Shown piece by piece: positions 12,109 to 22,000 of a stretch of DNA of 64,000 bases (position 1 is its first letter; the number at the start of each line of letters is the position of its first letter). The translations under genes and the position numbers were made by a program. This DNA comes from Myxococcota bacterium (lineage in GTDB: Bacteria; Myxococcota_A; Polyangia; Nannocystales; Nannocystaceae), in NCBI GenBank assembly GCA_039028615.1, contig JBCCHT010000025.1, forward strand, positions 32,001-96,000, in the 5' to 3' direction. The notes beneath the pieces were generated by a model. It was not told where the DNA came from. It worked only from the letters and a program-made list of their open reading frames with translations, and did not search any database.

Positions 12109-12609
12109 ATGCGATCCGATATGGACAAAGTACTGTGCGAGCGCCCGCGGGGCGGCCGTCGCCTCAAGCGACGCAGCTCCTATCGCGGACCCCTCGAAGA
12201 GGCGCCGTACTTCGAATCGAATAGCCGCCATCGAGGCGGCACCAAGTGGCTGAGCGAGCACCTGGGCCCGCTGCGCCGATGGCTGCGGTCGCAGGTCGGC
12301 CGCCCCTGGGATGCGGTCTACAGCGAGCTGCGGCAGAACATCAGCGCCAGCAATGCGGTGCAGATGCACATCTGGCAGCACGCGCAAGACTTCGTCGCCC
12401 GGCAGGTCGTGGTGCTCGATGGCCAGGTCTACCGCGAGCCGGGCGAGTACTGGGGCACGGGGCTGATGCGAGTATGGTCGTACCGAACTCCGGTCTATGT
12501 GTGCCCACAGACGGGGCTGGTGAAACCCACGCCCATCGACCCTCGCAAGCCGAGCTCGGTCGACGAGCGACGCCGTATTCGTCGACGCAAGCGCAAGCGC
12601 AAGCGGTGA
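12109..12609 (+). CDS. highly basic hypothetical protein, third gene of the rtcB-prfH operon
   Basis: AAGGA RBS; MRSDMDKVLCERPR...HLGPLRRWLRSQVGRPWDAVYSEL...YVCPQTG; Arg/Lys-rich tail. Confidence 0.8.
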   Translation: MRSDMDKVLCERPRGGRRLKRRSSYRGPLEEAPYFESNSRHRGGTKWLSEHLGPLRRWLRSQVGRPWDAVYSELRQNISASNAVQMHIWQHAQDFVARQVVVLDGQVYREPGEYWGTGLMRVWSYRTPVYVCPQTGLVKPTPIDPRKPSSVDERRRIRRRKRKRKR

Positions 12610-12626
12610 TCCTCTCTCGTTCGACC

Positions 12627-12663
12627 GTCCGCCCCCCATCCTCTTCGGCTCGGGGGGGCGGAC
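12627..12663. terminator. hairpin between convergent genes
   Basis: GTCCGCCCCCC / GGGGGGCGGAC 11-bp stem. Confidence 0.6.
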
Positions 12664-12676
12664 AATCAACGGACCT

Positions 12677-13171
12677 TCAGATCCCGGGAGGGAGATCGAA
12701 GGCGCAGGCACGGACCTGCTGCGGGGTCAGGATCTTGGCCATGGTGCCCATGGTGCGGGGCTGGATGTACACCCGCGAACCGGGCGCGAACCCACCGAGC
12801 AACGCGGCGCCGGGACGGGTCAGCCGACCGCGTCGCAGCTCGCGGCCGTCGGCGGTCATGACCCCGAAGTCGGCGATGCCGTGCGGGTTCCGGTTGCGGA
12901 TGGTGGTCGCCAACACGACGATCACGCCACCCGGCCCGACGATGGTGGGCACGGCTGCGGTCGGCGGCGAGGTGTCACCGCGCTTGTAGGCCTTCTCGCT
13001 GTGCGGACGCGGGTTGCACTCGTAGTACAGGCCCTGCATCCAGTCGGGATCGACCGCGCCCATGGGCGTACTGCTGGAGTCGTCGTCGGTGACGGTCGAG
13101 GTCGGGGCGACGGGGGTGATGGAAAGAAGCGCGGCCGCGACCGCGGAGGAGATGATGTTGATGATTGCCAT
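12677..13171 (-). CDS. hypothetical secreted protein
   Basis: Signal-like N-terminus (IISSAVAAALLSITP), two Cys. Confidence 0.65.
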   Translation of the reverse strand: MAIINIISSAVAAALLSITPVAPTSTVTDDDSSSTPMGAVDPDWMQGLYYECNPRPHSEKAYKRGDTSPPTAAVPTIVGPGGVIVVLATTIRNRNPHGIADFGVMTADGRELRRGRLTRPGAALLGGFAPGSRVYIQPRTMGTMAKILTPQQVRACAFDLPPGI

Positions 13172-13284
13172 GAGGGACGTTCTTCTTTGGGGGCCGCCGC
13201 GGCCGTAGCCGCGACGGAAGTTCGTCGTTCACCCGCCAGGACGCGGCCGGCGGATGCATGGCGCACGGGTTTTCGATCTTTTTT

Positions 13285-13791
13285 CTAGATCGGGATCTCC
13301 GTGCAGTCGTCGCCGCTCTGCGTCGGTGAGCAGCTGCGCTTCAGCGGGTCGTCCCCGACGTGTCCCGGCTCGTCATCGACCACGACCACCCCGTCACATC
13401 GGTACAGCGTGCCGCCACGGCACTCGTAGAAATCGCAGACCCCGCGAGAGCCGTTCATCCCCGAGTAGCACGAGGGCATGTTGCCCTTCGCCTTACAGGT
13501 GCCCGCCATCGTGGCCTGCGGGTGCTTGCACTGCTCGGGCTTCTTCTCCTCCTTTTCGGGCTGCTCCTCGAAGTCGTCTCGGGGCACACGATCGTCGAGC
13601 GCGGGGCGGGCCGCGGCTCGTCCCATTCGCGGCGCCTCCGCGGCGGGAGTGACTTTCGTTTCGGGCGCGGGCTTGGTCTCGGGCTTGGCCGAGGTCTTGG
13701 ATTCGCTGGAATCGCACGCGCCCACAAAGGCGATGGCGACGGCTGCCGCGAGGGTCGAACGCAGGGTCGAGAGGTGTCGTTTCGTGGTCAT
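13285..13791 (-). CDS. Cys-rich lipoprotein
   Basis: Lipobox VGAC, low-complexity linker, Cys-rich C-terminal domain. Confidence 0.75.
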   Translation of the reverse strand: MTTKRHLSTLRSTLAAAVAIAFVGACDSSESKTSAKPETKPAPETKVTPAAEAPRMGRAAARPALDDRVPRDDFEEQPEKEEKKPEQCKHPQATMAGTCKAKGNMPSCYSGMNGSRGVCDFYECRGGTLYRCDGVVVVDDEPGHVGDDPLKRSCSPTQSGDDCTEIPI

Positions 13792-13998
13792 GGTCGGTCG
13801 TTTCGTTCTGGGGGGAGCGAGGTCGAGCGGTCGTCGCCCGACCCCGCGTTTCGTCCCCCTCCACGGCCCGACCCCGGTCTACGTTTCACCATCGCGCGAG
13901 AATGCAGCAAACGATGTAGCGCTTTGGTTCGTCTCGTACACGATGCGATGCAGTGCCCGGCCTCGCGTCGCGGCCCTTCTTCCCTCATGATGAATGCC

Positions 13999-14913
13999 AT
14001 GGACGCGCGCTTCGGCTTGCTCATGGTGCTCGTCGCGGCGGGCTGCGGTCCCACCGTCGGTGCGGAGTCGACGGCTGGAGCAGGCTCGTCGACGGACGTC
14101 GCGACGAGTGATGGCCCCGGCCTCACGAGCTCGACCACGGCCGCGGACTCGACCACGACCGCGAGCCCGACCCCAGGCACCACCGCGCTCGACGAGGGCA
14201 CCAGCGTCGCCGACGACTCCACGGGAGAGTGCGTGCCCCCGCCGAAGGCCGACTGCGACCCTTGGCTTCAGAACTGCTGCCCCGGACAAAAGTGCGTGCC
14301 GTGGGCGGACGAAGACGGCGGCGGAGTCTGGAATGCACGGCGATGCAGCCCCATCGCAGCCGAGCCCAACCCCGTGGGCAGCCCATGCACCGTCGAAGAC
14401 TCCGCCGCGAGCGGGCTCGACGACTGCGACGCGACCTCGTACTGCTGGGGCGTCGACCCGAGCACGCTGCAGGGCGAGTGCGTGCCGCTATGCCAGGGCA
14501 GCCCCGAGGAGCCCGTGTGCCCCGAAGGCCAAGGGTGCTACATCGCCAACGATGGCATCTTGACCCTGTGCTTCGATCGCTGTGATCCGTCCGATCCCGC
14601 GTGCGACGACGACGAGGCGTGCATTCCCCTGAACGACGACTTCCTGTGCATCGAACACATCGGCACCGGGAAAGTCGGCCCGGGGAGCCCTTGTGATGCT
14701 CCGTGGCAGTGCCTGCCGGAGTTCGTCTGCACCGACGCCGCCAACTACCCCGGGTGCGCGGGTCCAGGCTGCTGTACTCCGTATTGCAACGCGACCACCG
14801 AGGCAGGGCAGCAGCAGTGTGCGAAGCTCGATCCCCAGCTCGCTTGCGTCGCCTTCCCGCCGGAGCTCCAGCCCGCAGGGCTCGAGCACCTCGGGTCCTG
14901 CCAGCTCCCCTAG
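13999..14913 (+). CDS. Cys-rich lipoprotein (myxobacterial CDPWxQxC family)
   Basis: Lipobox AAGC, Ser/Thr linker, CDPWLQNCCPGQKCVPW...GCCTPYC. Confidence 0.85.
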   Translation: MDARFGLLMVLVAAGCGPTVGAESTAGAGSSTDVATSDGPGLTSSTTAADSTTTASPTPGTTALDEGTSVADDSTGECVPPPKADCDPWLQNCCPGQKCVPWADEDGGGVWNARRCSPIAAEPNPVGSPCTVEDSAASGLDDCDATSYCWGVDPSTLQGECVPLCQGSPEEPVCPEGQGCYIANDGILTLCFDRCDPSDPACDDDEACIPLNDDFLCIEHIGTGKVGPGSPCDAPWQCLPEFVCTDAANYPGCAGPGCCTPYCNATTEAGQQQCAKLDPQLACVAFPPELQPAGLEHLGSCQLP

Positions 14914-14937
14914 CCCGAAGTCGGTATCATCGGATCC

Positions 14938-15480
14938 ATGGACCGGCGACGATTCCTCAAGCGCGGCGCACTCGGGGTCGGCGTGCTCGCGGTGGGAGGG
15001 TCCGCCGTATGGATCGCCTCCGGCCCGGGCTCGGCGGACGCAACCACGGCCTGGTCCCGCAAGGCGCTCGACGAGCTCGAAGCCCAAGGTCTCCAGAACC
15101 TGCGCAGCTCGGGCGCATGGTCGCCGGCGCAGATCTTCGTGCACCTCGCCCAGAGCATCGAGTACTCCATGTCCGGCTACCCCGAGCTCCGGGCCCCGAT
15201 GTTCCGCGGCACGCTCGGGCGGACCGCCTTTGCGGCGTTCTCCGCTCGAGGTCAGATCGTGCACGGCCGAAGCGACCCGATCCCCGGGGCCGAGCCGCTG
15301 CCCGAATCGGCGGCGACCGAGGTCGCGCTGAAGCGGCTCCGCGACGCGCTCGACGCCTTCGAACACCACGAAGGCACATACGAGCCGCACTTTGCCTACG
15401 GCACGCTCGCTCGTCGCGAATACGAGATCGCCCACGCCCTGCACCTGCGCGACCACCTCGTCGAGTTCGAATCGGCGTAG
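14938..15480 (+). CDS. DUF1569 / DinB-like protein with Tat signal
   Basis: RRRFLK Tat motif; WSPAQIFVHLAQSIEYS; PHFAYGTL...HLRDH. Confidence 0.8.
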   Translation: MDRRRFLKRGALGVGVLAVGGSAVWIASGPGSADATTAWSRKALDELEAQGLQNLRSSGAWSPAQIFVHLAQSIEYSMSGYPELRAPMFRGTLGRTAFAAFSARGQIVHGRSDPIPGAEPLPESAATEVALKRLRDALDAFEHHEGTYEPHFAYGTLARREYEIAHALHLRDHLVEFESA

Positions 15481-15484
15481 GCGC

Positions 15485-16411
15485 CTACGAGCCACCGCCG
15501 CGACGCACGGCGCTGGGATTGATGCCGTTGACCCGCTTGAACGCCCGGGAAAACGACGACTCGCCCTCGTAGCCGCTACGCAGTGCCGCCTCGAGCACGG
15601 AGATGCCCTCGTCGGCCAGCCAGCGATACGCCTGCTGCATGCGCCAGCGAGTGCAGTACTCCATGGGCGCCAGGCCGGACAGCTGCTTGAAGCGATCGGA
15701 GAACGCAGAGCGCGACATGCCGCCGATCGACGCCAGCTCGGTGACGCTCCACTTGCGGTCGGGCTGCTCGTGGATCTGCTCGAGCACCCGCCGGATTCGC
15801 TCGTCCCCGAGCGCCGCCGCCAGCCCCGGCGTGTCCGAGGCCTCGCCCGGCGACGCCTGCCCCGCCTCGAGCAAGTGTCGCCGCACCAGGTTCACGAACA
15901 GGATCTCCGCCAAGCGGTTGATGACGACGCCGGAGCCCTCGGTCGGGTTGAGCGACTCGTGAGTGAGCGCGGCGATGATGGGCCCGAGCAGCCCCTCGTG
16001 CACCGGGTCGGCGGTGGACAGCAGCACGTACTCGGGCAGCGCCTGGAGCACCGGGTTCGCGCCCGCGTGATCGAACTGAAAGTAGCCGCACATCAACGCC
16101 ACCGAGTCGGGCAACACGCCGTCGCTCAGCGGGCGAGACTTCGATTGGTTGACGTCCTCGAGGCCACAGTCGTCGCTGCCGAGCACGTGGGACGCATCGT
16201 GGGGCAGCACCAGCAGGTCGCCTGCGCTCAGCTCGAGCACCGCGTCCGGGGCCGAGCGCAAGCGAAAGCGGCACTGACCTCGCGCCACGAAGTGGAAGCT
16301 GGTGTGCGACGTCCCGGAAATGTCCACGCCCCACCGACCGCAGTACTGCGCGTTGTGGAAGACCGCGGCGCGGAGGCGAAACGCATCGAGCAGGGTGGAG
16401 ACGACGGACAT
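15485..16411 (-). CDS. AraC family regulator with cupin N-terminal domain
   Basis: FHFVARGQC cupin; WSVTELA...MSRSAFSDRF; GYEGESSFSRAFKR. Confidence 0.92.
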   Translation of the reverse strand: MSVVSTLLDAFRLRAAVFHNAQYCGRWGVDISGTSHTSFHFVARGQCRFRLRSAPDAVLELSAGDLLVLPHDASHVLGSDDCGLEDVNQSKSRPLSDGVLPDSVALMCGYFQFDHAGANPVLQALPEYVLLSTADPVHEGLLGPIIAALTHESLNPTEGSGVVINRLAEILFVNLVRRHLLEAGQASPGEASDTPGLAAALGDERIRRVLEQIHEQPDRKWSVTELASIGGMSRSAFSDRFKQLSGLAPMEYCTRWRMQQAYRWLADEGISVLEAALRSGYEGESSFSRAFKRVNGINPSAVRRGGGS

Positions 16412-16544
16412 GGGCTTTTGGAGGATCGGACGGATTTCTCGGTCGCTCGGTCAACGCGCGCCTCGCGACGCTGCGTAGTACCAGGCACAACCGTACCCGA
16501 AGTCGCGGGAAAGCCCGCCCGGGGACGATCACAGAAGGACCACG

Positions 16545-17015
16545 ATGAGTACGGGAAGAAACCTGGGCGCCCTGCTGGCGTTTGCCGTGACGGACATGCT
16601 GCTGGGCTGCGCCCCGAGCACCGCGCCGGGGTCACAAGCGCCCGGGGCCGAGGCCAACACGGCGTCGAGCACCGATTTGGTGCACTGCTACGGCGTCAAC
16701 CAATGCAAGGGCCACAACGACTGCAAGACCGCCGAGAACTCCTGCGCCGGCCATGCCGAGTGCAAGGGCCACGGCTTCGTCGCCACCAGCGAGAAGGCCT
16801 GCGGTGACGTCGGCGGCGAGCTCCGCGACGAGTACCGCGGAGAAGTGGCCAGCACCGATCTGGTGCACTGCTACGGCGTCAACCAATGCAAGGGCCACAA
16901 CGACTGCAAGACCGCCGAGAACGCCTGCGCCGGCCATGCCGAGTGCAAGGGCCACGGTTTCGTCGCGACCAGCGAGAAGGCATGCGGCGACCTGGGAGGA
17001 GAGGTAGGGACATGA
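16545..17015 (+). CDS. bufA: BufA2-type Cys-rich MNIO RiPP precursor, lipoprotein, two core repeats
   Basis: Two copies of [19 protein letters not shown][S/A][17 protein letters not shown] lipobox; directly upstream of DUF692 gene. Confidence 0.85.
   Translation: MSTGRNLGALLAFAVTDMLLGCAPSTAPGSQAPGAEANTASSTDLVHCYGVNQCKGHNDCKTAENSCAGHAECKGHGFVATSEKACGDVGGELRDEYRGEVASTDLVHCYGVNQCKGHNDCKTAENACAGHAECKGHGFVATSEKACGDLGGEVGT
16668..16991 (+). repeat. near-identical 141-bp direct repeat, period 183 bp
   Basis: 16668-16808 vs 16851-16991 differ at only a few, mostly synonymous, positions. Confidence 0.95.
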
Positions 17016-17908
17016 ACGGCCGTGCGGGGGCGCCCCAGTGTGTGCGGGGTGTCCCCCGCACGTCTCGTTCAACCGCGGCGGCGGGTCTGGGCTTCGGCCT
17101 CGGCCTCCGCACGCCGCACTACGACCAGGTCGCCCACGGCGTCGAAGGGGTCGACTTCTTCGAGCTGCTCTCGGAGAACTTCATGGTCGACGGCGGCAAG
17201 CCGCTGTACTACCTCGACGCCGTCGCCGAGCGCTACGACGTCGTGCTGCACGGGGTGTCGATGTCGATCGGCAGCGTCGACCCGCCCTCGCGGGAGTACC
17301 TCGACAAACTGGCCGCGCTCGCCCGCCGGGCCAAGCCGGCGTGGGTCTCCGACCACCTGTGCTGGACGATCGCCGGGGGGATCAACAGCCACGATCTCTT
17401 GCCGCTGCCGCTGAGCTACCAGGCCCTGCAGATGGTGATCGAGCGGGTGAACTACGTGCAGGACGTGCTCGAGCGGCCGTTCGTGCTGGAGAACATCTCG
17501 ACCTACAGCACGCTGCAGCCCACGCAAATGGAAGAGTGGGAGTTCATCAACACCCTCACCTGCGCCACCGGGGCCAAGGTCCTGCTCGACGTCAACAACG
17601 TCTACGTCAACGCACGCAACCACGGTTTCGACCCTCACCGTTTTCTCGACGCGATCGACCCGGATAGCGTGCAACAGATTCATCTGGCCGGGCATACCGA
17701 TCTCGGCGACCACGTCATCGACACCCACGATGATGCCGTCACCGATGAAGTGCTCGACCTGTACGCCTACACCATTGCTCGACTCGGCCCGGTGAGCACA
17801 TCGATCGAACGCGACGACGACATCCCCCCGCTCGAAGTCTTGCTCGAGGAGCTCGACCATGTCCGCGACATCGCCCGTGACCAACAATCCGTATCTCTCG
17901 CTTCGTGA
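17012..17908 (+). CDS. bufB: multinuclear non-heme iron oxidative enzyme (DUF692/MNIO)
   Basis: [54 protein letters not shown] overlap. Confidence 0.95.
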   Translation: MNGRAGAPQCVRGVPRTSRSTAAAGLGFGLGLRTPHYDQVAHGVEGVDFFELLSENFMVDGGKPLYYLDAVAERYDVVLHGVSMSIGSVDPPSREYLDKLAALARRAKPAWVSDHLCWTIAGGINSHDLLPLPLSYQALQMVIERVNYVQDVLERPFVLENISTYSTLQPTQMEEWEFINTLTCATGAKVLLDVNNVYVNARNHGFDPHRFLDAIDPDSVQQIHLAGHTDLGDHVIDTHDDAVTDEVLDLYAYTIARLGPVSTSIERDDDIPPLEVLLEELDHVRDIARDQQSVSLAS

Positions 17909-18674
17909 GCAGCAGGCCGAGTTCCTCGCCGGGCTGCTCGACCCCCGCACGGGCGTGCCCAGCTCTGTACAAGCCCAGGAAGGCCTGGGCCGCGAGGCTC
18001 GCTTCGACATCTACCGCACCGCGTACCGCCAGCGACTGAAGGGCGTGCTGCGAAGCGATCATCCGGCCGTGGCCCACGTCGTGGACTGCCGCTTCGACCG
18101 ACTCGCCGACGCGTACATCGACGCCACTCCCTCCACGTGGCACTCCCTGCGCAACTTTGGCGACGAGTTCCCGAAGTTCCTGACCACCACCGACCTGCCC
18201 GACTCCATGGCCGTGGCCGCGCTCGCCGGCTTCGAGCGCAGCCTGCTCGATGCCTTCGATGCTCCGGACGCACCGCGCCGCGGCTCGTCGGACCTCCTCG
18301 CCGTAGGCGCCGACGGGCGCTCGCTCAGCGGCATCGTGCTGCACCCCAGCGTGCGGCGGATCGCCCCCGGCTTCAACGTCGTCGAGCAGTGGCACGCCTA
18401 CCAAGAGGGTCGGCCACCCGTGCCCTGGGTCGGGCAGCGCACCGCCTGGGCCCTGTGGCGAGGCACCGATCGCCGCACCAGCTTTCGCGCCCTCAGCCCC
18501 TTCGAGGCCATGTTGCTGCCGCGGGTGCTCGTCGGTGACTCGCTCGCCGAGCAGTGCGAAGCGTTGGCCGACATCTACGAGCCCACGCAGATCCCCCCGT
18601 TGGTCGCCAGTGCGCTGCGACGCTGGCTTGCCGAAGGCTGGGTCTCGGAGCTGCTCTCCGAGCCCGCCGACTGA
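17859..18674 (+). CDS. bufC: DUF2063 family MNIO partner protein
   Basis: QAEFLAGL...RFDIYRTAY...FGDEFPKFL...LAGFE; GAGGAG RBS; follows DUF692. Confidence 0.85.
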   Translation: MSATSPVTNNPYLSLREQQAEFLAGLLDPRTGVPSSVQAQEGLGREARFDIYRTAYRQRLKGVLRSDHPAVAHVVDCRFDRLADAYIDATPSTWHSLRNFGDEFPKFLTTTDLPDSMAVAALAGFERSLLDAFDAPDAPRRGSSDLLAVGADGRSLSGIVLHPSVRRIAPGFNVVEQWHAYQEGRPPVPWVGQRTAWALWRGTDRRTSFRALSPFEAMLLPRVLVGDSLAEQCEALADIYEPTQIPPLVASALRRWLAEGWVSELLSEPAD

Positions 18675-18681
18675 TCGGTGA

Positions 18682-19512
18682 CTACGGGATCGCGACTCCC
18701 GGCGGTTGGTCATCATACGTGACGGACGCCAGCATCGTCGTCGCCATGCGCTGAAGTTCGTCCACCTGACACAGGATGGGCGGGTCCTGCAGCCCCTCGT
18801 GCCCGTGCGGATAGCAGCGCCCGAGGTGGCCCGGCTCGAAGCCGGGATGGCTCTGCCAGAACTCCATGATCGGGCCCGAGACTGCGTCGGGATTCTTGGT
18901 CGCGATCGCGGCTAGCATCGCCGATCGAGTCGCGTGGAGCATGGCCAAGCTCGCCTCGGTGTCCAGCACCAGGCGCACGTTGGGTGGTGCCATCGGCTCG
19001 TTGTCCGCGGAGATGTTGAGGTCCCAGCCCAGGGTGATCTGCAGTGACTGGTGCACCAGCACCCGCGCCCCGTACAGCTGCGCCGAGTCGTTGGCGTAGT
19101 CGGCCATCTCTTCCCACTGGGTCTCGTCCGCGATGCCGCCCCCGTTGGCGATGGCGGGGATGATGGAATCAAAGCCGGTCCCGACCAGCTGCATGCCCTG
19201 CGGCGTCGTGGTGGTGCCCGGCTCGCCGCCGGGGTCTCCCACGCCGCCTTCGCCTCCCTCGCAGACCCCGTCGAACTTACCGTTGTTGGCACAGTTCGCG
19301 CCGCCGAAGTTCCAGTGGCAGGTCTGGCCCTCGGCGCAGTCAGAGGACAGGTAGCAGGTACAGGGAGGGCCGGTCTCGATGATGATCGGTGGGGTGCCGG
19401 TCGTGCCACCGTTGCAGTTGTTGTTGCCGCCCGCCGCGAGGAAGAAGAGGCCGGCGGCGCCGATCTTGAGCAGGGGGTGGCGTTTGAAGGTCGGGGCTGG
19501 TCCGTTCCGCAT
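18682..19512 (-). CDS. hypothetical exported protein with small Cys-rich module
   Basis: Signal-like N-terminus, CTCYLSSDCAEGQTC module, C-terminal HLGRCYPHGH. Confidence 0.7.
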   Translation of the reverse strand: MRNGPAPTFKRHPLLKIGAAGLFFLAAGGNNNCNGGTTGTPPIIIETGPPCTCYLSSDCAEGQTCHWNFGGANCANNGKFDGVCEGGEGGVGDPGGEPGTTTTPQGMQLVGTGFDSIIPAIANGGGIADETQWEEMADYANDSAQLYGARVLVHQSLQITLGWDLNISADNEPMAPPNVRLVLDTEASLAMLHATRSAMLAAIATKNPDAVSGPIMEFWQSHPGFEPGHLGRCYPHGHEGLQDPPILCQVDELQRMATTMLASVTYDDQPPGVAIP

Positions 19513-19588
19513 GGCGGAGGGGGTAGAGCCGGAGCCTGACTGCCGGATCACGGAAAACCACCGAACACTGTTCGAACGCCGTAGCGAC

Positions 19589-20314
19589 CTACGTAACCTC
19601 CGGCAGCGCCTTCCGCTCGTTCCCCACGATCGCCACGATCTCCCCAAACGCCCGCGAAAGCTGAGTCTCCCGCCCATCACTCCGCCGCTTCCAGATCGCC
19701 CGACCCACCAACCAGCCGAGCCCCACACCAACCCCGATCAACGGCCCCCAGGCGAGCATCATCGTTGCCTTCCCGAGCAACGCCTTGAGCGGAATCACCG
19801 TCGAAAACCCGCCCATACCGCCCGTGAACGCGCCCAAGCCCACGGTCGACTTGGCGTCCATGGGCATGCGCTCCTCGAGCCGCACGGTGGTCTTGCCGGA
19901 GTGCTCGACGACGCTCAAGTGCACCCGCCGCGTGGTCGCCTTCGACGTAGACCAGATCCGCGAGGTCCCTTCGTTCTTCAGCTCCCCCGGGTCACCGAGG
20001 CTCCGTCGCAGCACCTCGATGATCGGGGTCAACGCGGCGTCATCGAGCCGGCCATCGACGGAGGTCTCAAACATCAAGTCGGTCTTGCCGCCCAGCATCC
20101 ACTTGGGGCGCGTGCGCTGGTCGGCGACGGAGACCTCGGACACGGCCCGGGCGACGAGGGCCTTGGAGATGCCCAGCTCGGTGACGACTTGCTCGATCTC
20201 CGCTTCGCTCATCGAGCGGGCGTCGGTCTTGTCGCCCGCGCGCTCGTGCAGCTCGGCGACGCGCTTGAGGATCAGGCCAACTTCTCGATCGTCGTAGCGG
20301 CGTTCGTCCGTCAC
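19589..20314 (-). CDS. hypothetical membrane protein
   Basis: RRYDDREVGLILKR...ELGI N-terminus, two C-terminal TM segments; start uncertain (20314 GTG or 20347). Confidence 0.75.
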   Translation of the reverse strand: MTDERRYDDREVGLILKRVAELHERAGDKTDARSMSEAEIEQVVTELGISKALVARAVSEVSVADQRTRPKWMLGGKTDLMFETSVDGRLDDAALTPIIEVLRRSLGDPGELKNEGTSRIWSTSKATTRRVHLSVVEHSGKTTVRLEERMPMDAKSTVGLGAFTGGMGGFSTVIPLKALLGKATMMLAWGPLIGVGVGLGWLVGRAIWKRRSDGRETQLSRAFGEIVAIVGNERKALPEVT

Positions 20315-20365
20315 TTGGAAAAACGATACCGCGGGCCGGTCGGGCATGTTCCCGGCCCGTCGCGC

Positions 20366-21049
20366 TCAGCCGGGGGGCAAGGCGCGGCGCTTCTTCTTCT
20401 CGGCCTTGAGGCGCTTGCGGGCCTGCTTGCGACGCTTGCGGGCCTGCCACCACGACTCGCCCAGCTCGCGATCTTTGACGGTGACGCTGCCCAAGACCAT
20501 GGTGCCAGTCACGCGAATGCGCGGGGCATTGGGCGGCAGGGGGTCGGTGCGGTCGGGCTGGGAGACCTCGCCCAAGATGGCGGAGCAGTCGATCTCGACG
20601 CCGACGTCCGGCGGGACGAACAGCTCGACTTCGGCCATGACCGCGGTGATGTCGACTTCGGTGACGCCGGGGCCGAGCCGGGCTTCGCGGTAGTCGAGCA
20701 CGACGCTGGCGGCGACGGCCTTGACCCGCGAGTGCCGCGCGGGCGTCCACTGACCCGTGCGCTTGGTCTCGGACAGGATGGCGACCATGTTGCCGTTGGT
20801 GGGCACCTCCCCCAGCGGCACGAGGGCCCGCGGGGCCTCGACGGGAGACAGCGCAGTCTCGGCGGGGGCGAGGTCCGTGGTGAGGGCGTCGAGCCGCGCG
20901 AGGGTGCCGGCCTGCTCCACCGCCTCCAAACGCCGCTCGAGCTCGTCTTCGCCGATGAGATCGCGCGCAAACCCGTCGCCGATGCGGTCCCGCGCCAGCG
21001 ACCGCGCGGCCTCGAGCTGGTCGGGAGACAGCGGCTCGGCGGGGCTCAT
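20366..21049 (-). CDS. DUF1707 (SHOCT-like) protein with LiaF-like C-terminal domain
   Basis: ELERRLE...LTTDL; VLDYREA...VELFVPP...ILGEV. Confidence 0.8.
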   Translation of the reverse strand: MSPAEPLSPDQLEAARSLARDRIGDGFARDLIGEDELERRLEAVEQAGTLARLDALTTDLAPAETALSPVEAPRALVPLGEVPTNGNMVAILSETKRTGQWTPARHSRVKAVAASVVLDYREARLGPGVTEVDITAVMAEVELFVPPDVGVEIDCSAILGEVSQPDRTDPLPPNAPRIRVTGTMVLGSVTVKDRELGESWWQARKRRKQARKRLKAEKKKRRALPPG

Positions 21050-21292
21050 GACGGGGTTATACCCCGACCAAAGACCCGCCGGGTCCAGGGCGTGTGCGTT
21101 CGATTCGGCCACCGGTCGCCTACCACCGTGCCGCCCGGTGTTTCATTCCCGATCAAGACGATCGAGGCGCCGACGAGCGGAACGACCCGGCCCGTGTCCA
21201 AGGGAGCGTCGCGAGCTCGGCGCGAGCGTATCCCCCGGGTGCCGCAGGGGATCTCTTGCCCCGTCGCGCTCGGCCGTGCTTCGCTGCCCACC

Positions 21293-21946
21293 GTGACTGC
21301 GGAGATCGTTCAGCTCGAGGTGGGCCTTTTGCAGAACTTCTGCGAGGTCATCGGCTGCGTCGAGACCAAGCAAGCGGCGCTGGTGGACCCGGCGTTCGAG
21401 GTCGACCGTCTGCTGCGAGCGGCGGCGGAACGCGACTGGACGATCACCACGATCCTGCTGACGCATACCCACGACGATCACGTGGCGGGGCTGGACGAGG
21501 CGGTGGAGGCCACGGGCGCGGTGGTGCGCTGCCACCCGGTCGAGGTCGAGGTCGCCAAGCGCTTCGCGTCGAAGGTGGAGCCGGTACAGGACGGCGAGAT
21601 CATCGAGCTCGGGCAGCAGCAGGTGCAGACGATCTATACGCCCGGGCACACGCCGGGGTGCATCTGCTGGTTTCTGCCGGAGCCCGCGGCCGTGATCACG
21701 GGGGATGTGCTGTTCGTGGGCTCGTGCGGCGGGGTGTCGTATCCGGGCTCGGACCCGGCGGCGATGGTGGACAGCCTGCAGAGAAAACTCGGTTCTCTGC
21801 CCGACCACACGCAGGTGTACCCGGGGCACGACTACGGCAAGACGCCGACGAGTCGGTTGGCGTGGGAACTGGCCAACAACCCGGCCTTGCTGGCGGATAC
21901 GGTCGAGAAATTCTGCACGTACAAGAACGTGCCGGTTCCGCAATAG
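21293..21946 (+). CDS. MBL-fold metallo-hydrolase (glyoxalase II-like)
   Basis: THTHDDH, TPGHTPG, TGDVLF, PGHDY. Confidence 0.92.
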   Translation: MTAEIVQLEVGLLQNFCEVIGCVETKQAALVDPAFEVDRLLRAAAERDWTITTILLTHTHDDHVAGLDEAVEATGAVVRCHPVEVEVAKRFASKVEPVQDGEIIELGQQQVQTIYTPGHTPGCICWFLPEPAAVITGDVLFVGSCGGVSYPGSDPAAMVDSLQRKLGSLPDHTQVYPGHDYGKTPTSRLAWELANNPALLADTVEKFCTYKNVPVPQ

Positions 21947-22000
21947 ACCGGTGAATTCACCGGGGAGCGCGGTACTCGCAGTGGTACCGTCGCTCGGCAC

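Noticed and set aside
13999..14913. Enzyme-type label that this protein family sometimes carries in automated annotation
   Set aside because: No enzyme motifs; it is a Cys-rich lipoprotein
16668..16991. Direct repeat as a possible CRISPR array or mobile element end
   Set aside because: In-frame coding duplication inside the RiPP precursor
19379..21292. Long N-terminal extension on the MBL hydrolase (855-aa ORF)
   Set aside because: Overlaps two convincing minus-strand genes; the hydrolase starts near 21293
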